A DNA stretch of 22,845 nt from the IMG/VR virus record IMGVR_UViG_3300020171_000017, positions 112,685 to 135,529 of that record; one strand, 5' to 3'. Of this stretch, positions 1-7,309 are shown piece after piece; the stretch's first letter is position 1, and each line of letters opens with the position of its first letter. The position numbers and the translations under genes are program-made. Under the pieces are notes generated by a model. That model did no database searches. It was not told the origin of the DNA and saw only the letters and a program-made list of their open reading frames with translations. Source of the stretch: a virus. Lineage: Duplodnaviria; Heunggongvirae; Uroviricota; Caudoviricetes.

Positions 1-197
1 TACCTTAACTTTACTACAATTTCTCCCATCCACACTGACTCTCAGAGAGGAAAAGAACTTGGGAAGCATTCTTTACATCTTTTCGGGCTACCACGCCCAG
101 AGAATTCAGTTACTATCTGTGTAGTCAATTGTTTAACCTGTTAAGACGATTGGTCTTCTCTTTTACAAGCCCCTATTTTTAAATAGGGGTTATTGAC
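1..197 (-). ncRNA. IscB-type omegaRNA (HEARO-like) scaffold at an IS200/IS605-family element end; the nuclease ORF would lie left of the window
   Basis: Minus strand begins GTCAATAACCCCTATTT-AA-AAATAGGGGCTTG (typical terminal hairpin), then TTGACTAC...AACTGAA...GGGCGTGGTAGCCCGAAAAGATGTAAAGAATGCTTCCCAAGTTCTTTTCCTCTCTG...AGTCAGTGTGGATGGGAG, which resembles IscB-associated omegaRNAs. Recognised by eye, no covariance model run. Confidence 0.7.
166..197 (-). mobile_element. IS200/IS605-type terminal hairpin (element end at 197)
   Basis: 9-bp stem CCCCTATTT (170-178)/AAATAGGGG (181-189) flanked by ACAAG and TTATTGAC on the plus strand. Confidence 0.7.
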
Positions 198-282
198 AAG
201 TACCTATAATGCTATTTGAACCATCCTGTAATCTGCTAATTGTTGTTAAGGGTATTCTAACACCTTGCACTGCTAGTGCCAT
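190..282 (-). pseudogene. 5' part (MALAVQGVRIPLTTISRLQDGSNSIIGT...) of a gene interrupted by the IscB-type element
   Basis: Strong RBS AGGAGG 5 nt before ATG at 282. The frame stops within the first bases of the element (T|GT CAA TAA). Confidence 0.6.
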
Positions 283-294
283 ATTTTCCTCCTT

Positions 295-1479
295 TCATTT
301 TTTCACATTCATATTTTTATAAAACTCCACCGCCTTTTTGTTCGCCTTAATCAAATTTTGCCTTAAATTTTTTACTGAAAGGCCTGCTTTGGTGCGAACT
401 CTACTCAAAGCTACATATGCTTGACCGCACTCGAAAGTACCTCTGAAATCGATACAGACCTTGTCTAAACTTAATGATTGTGATTTATGGATACTAATGG
501 CATATGCTAATCGTAAAGGTATTTGTGATCGAGAAGCTAATTCAATTTTATCATCCATGATTTTCGCTACGGTTTCATATCCTAAATCTAATGAGATATC
601 GTTATCAAACTTAACCGTGACAGTTTTGCCTATTATCTCTGCGACATTACCTATCGAACCGTTAATTAAACTTAGATCTATATATTTGTTAATTAATAGC
701 ATAACTCTTGCTCCGACTTTTAAATACAGATTTTTAGGTACGAGGCAATTCTTGTCGATAGAAGCTTTATGGTATTCGCTACCACTATCTCTAGCCTCGA
801 AATGATAGATTTGACCTTTAAGTTCAGCAAGTTTAGCTTCGTTAAATTTATCCGCAGGATAATTTAGAGCGAATAAATGTAGTGCGTCATCGTGTTTAGC
901 TGTCGACACAATATCAACAGCTTCACCAAAACGAATCTTATTAAGATCATTCAGAAAATCCACATCATTTTGTCGAAACTGCTCTTCTAAAAGCACAGTT
1001 TGGAAATTAGCTTCTTGCCAAGAGATGCTTTCGAAAGCGAACTTAACTTCTTTACCTTCTTTTTCGACTGGTGGTAGTTGTAGAAAATCGCCAATAACTA
1101 TTAGTTGTATTCCGCCGAAAGGATCGTCATTACGTTTAAGGATTTTAAATACATCGTTGATGAGATCTAGGGTATCGGCACTCAACATAGAGATTTCATC
1201 TATGGCTAAACGACGGCAATAAGAAATACGTGATCTTTGTTCGGTATGCATCGAATAAGCAATCTGGTTGGCTGATCTTTCACCGATTCCGATTCCCGAA
1301 AATGAATGGATGGTTGAACCACCTACATTGATTGCTGCAACGCCTGTTGACGCGGTAACTATAAGATCAGGTAAGTCTTGTTGCAATTTGTTGAGATAAA
1401 AGGACTTTCCTGTGCCAGCATTTCCAGTAATAAAGACATTCTTGTCTGATTGGATAAGAGATAAGATTTTTGTATACAT
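295..1479 (-). CDS. pif1: Pif1/RecD-like SF1B DNA helicase
   Basis: GNAGTGKS (Walker A), IDEISML, GDFLQLPPV, QIPLRLAYAISIHKSQ, GQAYVALSRV. Confidence 0.93.
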   Translation of the reverse strand: MYTKILSLIQSDKNVFITGNAGTGKSFYLNKLQQDLPDLIVTASTGVAAINVGGSTIHSFSGIGIGERSANQIAYSMHTEQRSRISYCRRLAIDEISMLSADTLDLINDVFKILKRNDDPFGGIQLIVIGDFLQLPPVEKEGKEVKFAFESISWQEANFQTVLLEEQFRQNDVDFLNDLNKIRFGEAVDIVSTAKHDDALHLFALNYPADKFNEAKLAELKGQIYHFEARDSGSEYHKASIDKNCLVPKNLYLKVGARVMLLINKYIDLSLINGSIGNVAEIIGKTVTVKFDNDISLDLGYETVAKIMDDKIELASRSQIPLRLAYAISIHKSQSLSLDKVCIDFRGTFECGQAYVALSRVRTKAGLSVKNLRQNLIKANKKAVEFYKNMNVKK

Positions 1480-1500
1480 TTACATTGTTATCCTTTTTAA

Positions 1501-1790
1501 TTTAAAGTAGGTGCGTGAAGTGGCAATGGCTCTAAAGGCAGATAAGTTTTATCTGTAACAATTAATTAAAAGTCTTCAAACGCATCTACTTTAAAGTGTT
1601 ATTAAAATTCTTGAAAGGATAGAAGTGACAACCTTGAAAAAGTCAGATAATTTTTATCTGTAACAGCACATTCGAAGTCTTCAATATCCTCTCAAGAATT
1701 ATATATAAATCGATCAGTGGAAGTGACATTGTCCATGAAGTCAGATAATTTTATCTGTAACAAACAAATGGAAGTCTTCAACACTGATCG
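1501..1790 (-). repeat. TIGR-like stem-loop array, 3 units, each with two 9-nt variable spacers
   Basis: Units 1711-1790, 1606-1700 and 1501-1595. Minus-strand core: UUGAAGACUU-N9-UGUUACAGAUAAAA(A)UUAUCUGACUU-N9-UGUCACUUC (unit 1501-1595 has a few substitutions). Each core is closed by its own unrelated 9-16 bp stem. Spacer pairs: CCAUUUGUU/CAUGGACAA, CGAAUGUGC/UUUCAAGGU, UUAAUUAAU/UAGAGCCAU. Confidence 0.9.
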
Positions 1791-1796
1791 TTGAAT

Positions 1797-2834
1797 TTAA
1801 AAAAAACTTTCAATTCCGTTTTGTTTATCTATTGCTTTTCCTAACAATAAACTAGTTTCTGATTTTTTTGTGATATCAAAATCTTTAAATTTAAAATATA
1901 TTTCTTTGCATAATAAAGTAGATATTTTATTCCTGGCACAGGCATTTGCGTAGCCATCAAAACTTAAATCTTTCCAGCCTTTTGATCTGCGTTGTTCGTT
2001 AAATTTTTCATGTTTTAATTTAAAGGCATCTGAGTTAAGATAATTTTCCCGCATAGACCTATAGATCGGTTCATAAACTTGATTTTCTTGTAGTAGCATT
2101 TGCCCTGTGCATTGATAGAACAAAGATTTTGCCTGGCGATTATATACTTGGTCTGATTTACTACCATTTTTACCGATATAACCACAGTATTTTAAATATT
2201 TTCTTACATTACTGAATAAAAAAGGTGTTGCTGTAATTAAAATTCTGCCAATTAATCTAAACCCTATACCACGTATGTTTAAAAATTCTTTATATAATGA
2301 AAAATATTTATCCATTTTTTGACCCATTAAATCTCGTTGAAAATTAATTGCTTTTAAACTCATTTTCAAGTCACGTAATTGATCTTTAATATTCTCATTG
2401 GGGTATTCACGTTCAAGAGCTAATAAATTTAGTTGTCCACGCACGCTTGTTTTTTCTAGTAAAGAATAGTTATTCTCAATGATTTTTAATGGTAAAAGAG
2501 AAATAGATAAAAGATTAAAATCTATAACTTCTATTTTATTGTTTAATATTGCATAACGTAAGAATAAGGCATCATTAGTATCAGTTTTTAAATAATTAGT
2601 ATTTTTTAGATCATGCAATTTTTTGCTATCAACTAAAAAAATCTGGACACCTGATTTTAATAATACGATTAATTGTTTTTTTGGACAACCTGTTTCTGAA
2701 TACAGAATATCGTTGGGCAAGATAATTGTATTAAGTTCTGCCCAATCAACTTCCAGGATTACCTCATCATTATTCTTACAAACCGCCAATTTTTTTATAT
2801 TTTCATGCGCCCAGTCGATATAATATGTATTCAT
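1797..2834 (-). CDS. tasR: TasR-like RNA-guided nuclease (IS110-type DEDD RuvC domain + coiled coil + Nop-like RNA-binding domain)
   Basis: D7 (YYIDW), E47 (SETG) and D85/D88 (KTDTNDA) form the IS110/RuvC tetrad. IRGIG...FSNVRKYLKYCGY...YNRQAKSLFY matches the IS110 C-terminal/Nop-like region with a short loop. The dual-spacer array starts 6 nt after the stop. Confidence 0.8.
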   Translation of the reverse strand: MNTYYIDWAHENIKKLAVCKNNDEVILEVDWAELNTIILPNDILYSETGCPKKQLIVLLKSGVQIFLVDSKKLHDLKNTNYLKTDTNDALFLRYAILNNKIEVIDFNLLSISLLPLKIIENNYSLLEKTSVRGQLNLLALEREYPNENIKDQLRDLKMSLKAINFQRDLMGQKMDKYFSLYKEFLNIRGIGFRLIGRILITATPFLFSNVRKYLKYCGYIGKNGSKSDQVYNRQAKSLFYQCTGQMLLQENQVYEPIYRSMRENYLNSDAFKLKHEKFNEQRRSKGWKDLSFDGYANACARNKISTLLCKEIYFKFKDFDITKKSETSLLLGKAIDKQNGIESFF

Positions 2835-2850
2835 AGTTTAGTTCCTTTTT

Positions 2851-2961
2851 TTATTTACATTTTAGATATAACGTATCGTTTTTATCATATATAACCGTTA
2901 TATCAATCAACCTGCCTTCTTTATAGATGAACCATTCGCACAAGTGTATAGTAATATTCAC
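2851..2961 (-). CDS. possible 36-aa ORF (GTG start overlapping the upstream stop)
   Basis: MNITIHLCEWFIYKEGRLIDITVIYDKNDTLYLKCK; GTGA overlap with the upstream ORF. Confidence 0.3.
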   Translation of the reverse strand: MNITIHLCEWFIYKEGRLIDITVIYDKNDTLYLKCK

Positions 2962-3197
2962 TTTTTCCTATATTCGCGCATATAATTTTTCATATAATCT
3001 TTATGATTCACTCTCCAATTTTTCATCATATTATTTAATTTAACAGAATTGTTAGCATAATAATTTTTTTCACATTGTAACATTTTATCGCGGCATATAG
3101 CGCAGCGGTCAGCTTTCATTATTTTTCTTATACCGCAGGTAATACATAAACCTGCGGCTTTCTTTTTTAATTGCCAAGCTCTTTGCCTATTAATTAT
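2958..3197 (-). CDS. basic CxxC...CxxC zinc-finger protein, non-ATG (ATA/ATT) start
   Basis: AGGAG RBS at 3203-3207, then a 79-codon open frame containing CITC...CAIC and ending MKNYMREYRKK. Missing from the ORF track. Confidence 0.55.
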   Translation of the reverse strand: MINRQRAWQLKKKAAGLCITCGIRKIMKADRCAICRDKMLQCEKNYYANNSVKLNNMMKNWRVNHKDYMKNYMREYRKK

Positions 3198-3218
3198 AAT
3201 TACTCCTTTTTAAATTTA

Positions 3219-3487
3219 GGCACAGGCAAGAAGAAAAAAGAATTAAGGAACAACAACCAATAAGAATCAACAACATGAGGGGTTTTTTTATGTGGACAAC
3301 AACCAACAACATCCCCACAAAGGGAGTTTCTTTTTTAGTTTTTTACCCGCACAACAATCCCCGATATCCAACTGGATAAGTTATTAATTCAATCTCCTTC
3401 TCAGACCTCACTATTTAATTGCACTCGCCACAACTTATGAGGTATAAGTGTAGCACTAGCAAAACAAGACAGTGAGTTGCCTATGCC
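3219..3487 (-). ncRNA. unassigned structured RNA, about 270 nt
   Basis: Helices 3477-3487/3219-3229 (11 bp), 3384-3400/3230-3246 (15 of 17) and 3469-3476/3407-3414. Most mismatches are G-U wobbles on the minus strand. Internal GUUGUUG repeats. Confidence 0.55.
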
Positions 3488-3494
3488 GTTAAAT

Positions 3495-3794
3495 TCACTC
3501 TAAAGGTTTTAATAAATCTTCAACGCTTATTTCAAAATCCAATTTTGTTATTGCGTTGCTTGTTTTTACAGCCGAGTCAGCTAAAAACAAGAAATTCTCC
3601 AACTCAACAACTTTACGATCAACAATTTTTACATCGAATTGTGGTTCTATTTCTTTCCTTTTTTGTTCCTGATCACCGAAATAATTCGTTTCTTTAGTCG
3701 CTAAACTCTGCCTTAAGGACCTTAATTCATTTAATCGCTCCCGAATTATTTTCGTCAAACTTAAGACTTGATTTATGCTCATTTTTTCAGACAT
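3495..3794 (-). CDS. hypothetical coiled-coil phage protein
   Basis: 99 aa ORF with AAGGAG RBS. Confidence 0.75.
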   Translation of the reverse strand: MSEKMSINQVLSLTKIIRERLNELRSLRQSLATKETNYFGDQEQKRKEIEPQFDVKIVDRKVVELENFLFLADSAVKTSNAITKLDFEISVEDLLKPLE

Positions 3795-3956
3795 TGTATT
3801 TCTCCTTTTTTATTTGTAGTAATTACTAAAATTTTGTTCAGTTACTTTTTTTTCTAAAAAATTCACTACAGCACTTTTATATATTTTAACACCGTTAATA
3901 TAATAGAACAATTTGGCAAGATACATATTGTCTGTATTATTAATTTTTGTAATTTC

Positions 3957-4217
3957 TCAAGAATCTAATAAAACTTCGTTCCCCATAGATTTTTCTATAG
4001 AAAGCTCTAAACCAAAAACTGTACCAACAGTGTCCATACCCGATAGGCTAGAAATCCGATGAGTTAATACAATATTTTTTATTTCTTCACTTTGTTCACG
4101 AGATTTCTTATATTTAATAATTATTGCTTCTTCTAATGTATTATAATCTTCTCCACAACCACATAGAAATAATACAAATGTTAGAATAAATATAAAATTA
4201 TTATTTTTTCTTAACAT
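3957..4217 (-). CDS. hypothetical, possible lipoprotein
   Basis: Basic N-terminus, hydrophobic stretch and LCGC lipobox-like motif; AAGGAG RBS. Confidence 0.55.
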   Translation of the reverse strand: MLRKNNNFIFILTFVLFLCGCGEDYNTLEEAIIIKYKKSREQSEEIKNIVLTHRISSLSGMDTVGTVFGLELSIEKSMGNEVLLDS

Positions 4218-4236
4218 ATTGTATTTCTCCTTTTAT

Positions 4237-4719
4237 TTATTTCGCTTGATGGTTAATCGTTCTGGTTAACGAATAATCAAAGCCTGGCGGTATAGACTGT
4301 CCAGCTTCAATTCTTTTTTTAAGCAACTCATTTATACGCGCGGCTATCGGCTTTAATCGCAGTACTTCATCAAATAACCCATTTTCTTTCAGCCATTCTT
4401 CTGCCACGCTCATATCAGTAATCTTACCATAAAGCCTGTTTGCTAAAGATATCAAACCAAATTCAGCTGTACGAAATTGGTCAATACCTACATCTTTCAT
4501 GCGTTCATAAAGTGATAGCTCCATTTTTTCCTTCTGATCATAGATTTCGGATAACTTCTTTTTTTCTGTATCATACCTTTCTTCTAATTCTAACAACCTG
4601 CGCGTTAAATCCAGAATTTCGTGTGTTGGCGTGATAGATATAGTAGTATCAGCAGAATGATGTTCGAGTAAATTATTGCCTGAATGATCTTTAGAAGTTT
4701 TTTTTGGTTTATGTTTCAT
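4237..4719 (-). CDS. hypothetical phage replication-module protein (coiled coil; C-terminal IPPG motif)
   Basis: 160 aa ORF, operonic with neighbours. Confidence 0.7.
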   Translation of the reverse strand: MKHKPKKTSKDHSGNNLLEHHSADTTISITPTHEILDLTRRLLELEERYDTEKKKLSEIYDQKEKMELSLYERMKDVGIDQFRTAEFGLISLANRLYGKITDMSVAEEWLKENGLFDEVLRLKPIAARINELLKKRIEAGQSIPPGFDYSLTRTINHQAK

Positions 4720-5103
4720 TTAAATTCCTTTCTTTGGTTGGTTCTCGTTAATTATAGCTTCAATTGCGAGTACCATTTTCGCCTTGATAGTCGGATCGCT
4801 GCGGATAGCATTAATCGCATGGTCAATTGTAGAAGTCAGGTGATCAACCATCGCGCGAGCTATCTTATGGTCAAACGCTTGCCGAACGGCTTCGACAAAT
4901 TCCTTTTTTTCTAAAGTTTGAGATAATGCAGAATAGACTATTTCACGTAGTTGCGTATCGTGTACTTTAAAAGCATCATCAATCAACTTTTTAAGCGGTG
5001 AATCGTAACTTTTAAGTTTTTCCCAGATAGTTGTATGAATGCCTTCTTGAATGCTTGAAAGTATTATTTTTTCAAAATCAGTTAATTTTTTTTCCATTTT
5101 CAT
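4720..5103 (-). CDS. hypothetical helical protein
   Basis: 127 aa ORF with AGAAAGGA RBS. Confidence 0.7.
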   Translation of the reverse strand: MKMEKKLTDFEKIILSSIQEGIHTTIWEKLKSYDSPLKKLIDDAFKVHDTQLREIVYSALSQTLEKKEFVEAVRQAFDHKIARAMVDHLTSTIDHAINAIRSDPTIKAKMVLAIEAIINENQPKKGI

Positions 5104-5112
5104 CCTTTCTTT

Positions 5113-5376
5113 TTAAAACTTCCCGATTCTACTTTTAAAAGTTTGTTTAGTTATGGTGGATCTATGTTTTTCACCAGTTAAGGCAATAGTGACTGCCAAT
5201 CCTGTAATTCCCAACCAAACTTGGATAGGCAATAAAAATACCGTTCCAATAATAATTAATATTAATTTTTGCCAAAAAGTTGTCGGCTGTAATATTAACC
5301 ACATGCCAACAAATATTTCTGTTGGTATTAACGCTAAAATCAAACCAAACATTGACCAAAATAATTTTTTAAACAT
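5113..5376 (-). CDS. small membrane protein (2-3 TM)
   Basis: Hydrophobic segments and a basic C-tail. Confidence 0.7.
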   Translation of the reverse strand: MFKKLFWSMFGLILALIPTEIFVGMWLILQPTTFWQKLILIIIGTVFLLPIQVWLGITGLAVTIALTGEKHRSTITKQTFKSRIGKF

Positions 5377-5380
5377 AGAT

Positions 5381-7054
5381 TTAATCTCCTAACATTTCTA
5401 GCAATGTATCTTTATCTAATGCAACGCCCAGCTCTTCTTCAATAATCGTATCTTCTCGAAATAAAATTTTGCTGGCTTTTTGTTTATTTTCTAAAATCTT
5501 GAGCCAGTGCCCGTCAACCGTATCCTTCGCCAGTAGCCTGATAATAACCACGTTTTTTGTCTGGCCAATTCGGTGATTCCTGGCTTCGGCCTGAATAACC
5601 GTTGACGGAGACAAGAAACTCAAATCTGTGAACACAGCCACATTGCCGGCGTGCAAAGTAATACCCATACCGCCTGTTTGCACGGTACCGATGATGATTT
5701 TGCAGTTAGGATCGGTCTGAAAGCGGTTAATGTTTTTATCTTTTTCTTCTGCTGACATACCGCCCCAAAAGAAAGCGCAGTTATACGTAACGGTTTCGCC
5801 ATTATATTTAAAGCCTTCAGTATAGCGTTTATAAATATATGCGGTAAACGCACGAAACCTAGTCCAGATAACTATTTTATTGCCTGAAGATAATACCTCA
5901 TCGATAATATCGTCAAGTGCTTTTACTTTCGGGTTTTCTTTATAAAACATAGGCTGGTTAAGTTTCACATCAGTAATAAACCCGCAAGTCAGTTGCGATA
6001 ACCGCAGCATTTGAGTTAAGATACCATTAGCCTTCGCGATTACATCTTCATTAGACATGTTTTTTATAGTTACCTTCATCTCTTCTTTCATTGTAGTATA
6101 AGCCCTTAGTAAATCTCCTGAAAGCAAAGTTTCCCGCTCTTCATATGTCTTTTCAGGCAAGTCTAAAGTCTCACTTGCTAACCTGCGGATAAAATACGGT
6201 TCGAGTTTTTTCTTTAATTCATCCAAATTCTTATACCCCACCACTTTTTTAAAACTAGGTGCTTCCCATTCAGGAGTTACACAGCAACAAGTATAAATTT
6301 TAGCATATCTTTGTTCAGGCGACCATTTTCCGCAGCATTTACATTTTCTGCCTTTACTTGATTTTTTACTTTCCTCTGTTTCGTGTAGTTTTATGGTAAT
6401 AGTCTCGACATATTTATCAAAGAAACTCCAATACGAGCCAAGATACCCAGGCTTTAACCAATCGAATTGCGACCAAACATCAATAATTTTGTTCGCCGCT
6501 GGGTACCCTGTTATGGCTATTTTATACTTAAAAGGAATTTTTTTTAATTCCTTGGTACGTTTAGAATCTCTGGTTTTTATATAAACACTCTCGTCAATTA
6601 TGCATAAGGAATTAATAGAAAACTTTAACAAATAACCGCTATCTTTAAGTAATTGCTCATAATTCATAATAAGATAAAAAACATCTTCCCTCGTTAAAAA
6701 GGTAAAATAAGTTTCTTCCCTTTTTTTCATACTTCCATCAACAACCAGGCATTTCTCGTCGGTAAACTTTTCAATTTCACGTTTCCAAACGGAATACTTA
6801 GTAGTTGCTGGACACACAATCAGGCATTTTTTAATTTCGCCTTTTTGTTTACGTAATAAGGATAAACCTAATGATTGTAAGGACTTGCCAAGTCCGAGCT
6901 GATCCGCGAGCATTGCAGTATCAAGGTTAAGAAGGTAGTTTATTCCTGTTTTTTGGTGATTGAATAAAGTAGCCTTTAATTGTGGCACTTCAATCGTACA
7001 ATCAGGCAAAGCTTTTAACGCTAAAAGTTTCTTTTCAAACTCAGAATATTCCAT
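5381..7054 (-). CDS. SNF2-family helicase/translocase with Cys-rich insertion
   Basis: LADQLGLGKS, CPAT, IDES, ITGYP, QLTCG, TGGMGITL, QAEARNHRIGQ motifs. Confidence 0.92.
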   Translation of the reverse strand: MEYSEFEKKLLALKALPDCTIEVPQLKATLFNHQKTGINYLLNLDTAMLADQLGLGKSLQSLGLSLLRKQKGEIKKCLIVCPATTKYSVWKREIEKFTDEKCLVVDGSMKKREETYFTFLTREDVFYLIMNYEQLLKDSGYLLKFSINSLCIIDESVYIKTRDSKRTKELKKIPFKYKIAITGYPAANKIIDVWSQFDWLKPGYLGSYWSFFDKYVETITIKLHETEESKKSSKGRKCKCCGKWSPEQRYAKIYTCCCVTPEWEAPSFKKVVGYKNLDELKKKLEPYFIRRLASETLDLPEKTYEERETLLSGDLLRAYTTMKEEMKVTIKNMSNEDVIAKANGILTQMLRLSQLTCGFITDVKLNQPMFYKENPKVKALDDIIDEVLSSGNKIVIWTRFRAFTAYIYKRYTEGFKYNGETVTYNCAFFWGGMSAEEKDKNINRFQTDPNCKIIIGTVQTGGMGITLHAGNVAVFTDLSFLSPSTVIQAEARNHRIGQTKNVVIIRLLAKDTVDGHWLKILENKQKASKILFREDTIIEEELGVALDKDTLLEMLGD

Positions 7055-7059
7055 TTTCT

Positions 7060-7299
7060 TTAATTTATGGTTGTAGTTTTTTTCTCAATGTGACTAATCA
7101 CTTCACCTACAGTTAAAAGCCGTTCAGCTTCGTTATCAGGTATTTCTATTTTAAAAACATCTTCTAATTGCAAAGTTATTTCAATCTTGTCCAACGAATC
7201 AGCGCCTAAATCATCAAAAGTAGTAGTATCGGAAATGTTTTCGATCTTAACACCAAGTTGATTGGCAAATAGTTCTTTCACTTTGTCAGAGGCAGTCAT
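7060..7299 (-). CDS. acpP: acyl carrier protein
   Basis: 79 aa acidic protein with DLGADSLD (phosphopantetheine Ser) and EIPDNEAERLLTVGEVI. Confidence 0.93.
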   Translation of the reverse strand: MTASDKVKELFANQLGVKIENISDTTTFDDLGADSLDKIEITLQLEDVFKIEIPDNEAERLLTVGEVISHIEKKTTTIN

Positions 7300-7309
7300 T
7301 TTAATCTCC

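Noticed and set aside
193-210. TTGACA...TATAAT promoter on the plus strand
   Set aside because: Spacing is only 6 nt, and TTGAC is the IS200/IS605-type element end
1501-1790. CRISPR array
   Set aside because: Variable segments are only 9 nt and come in pairs within each unit, units are closed by unit-specific stems, and no cas1/cas2 or effector is present. TIGR architecture fits better.
1797-2834. Ordinary IS110/IS1111 transposase
   Set aside because: DEDD motifs match, but the catalytic-serine loop is short, no element ends are evident, and a multi-unit dual-spacer array follows. Not fully excluded without a structure search.
3219-3487. tmRNA, tRNA, SRP or group I intron
   Set aside because: No acceptor stem or T-loop, no Ala-ending tag frame, and no recognisable catalytic core motifs
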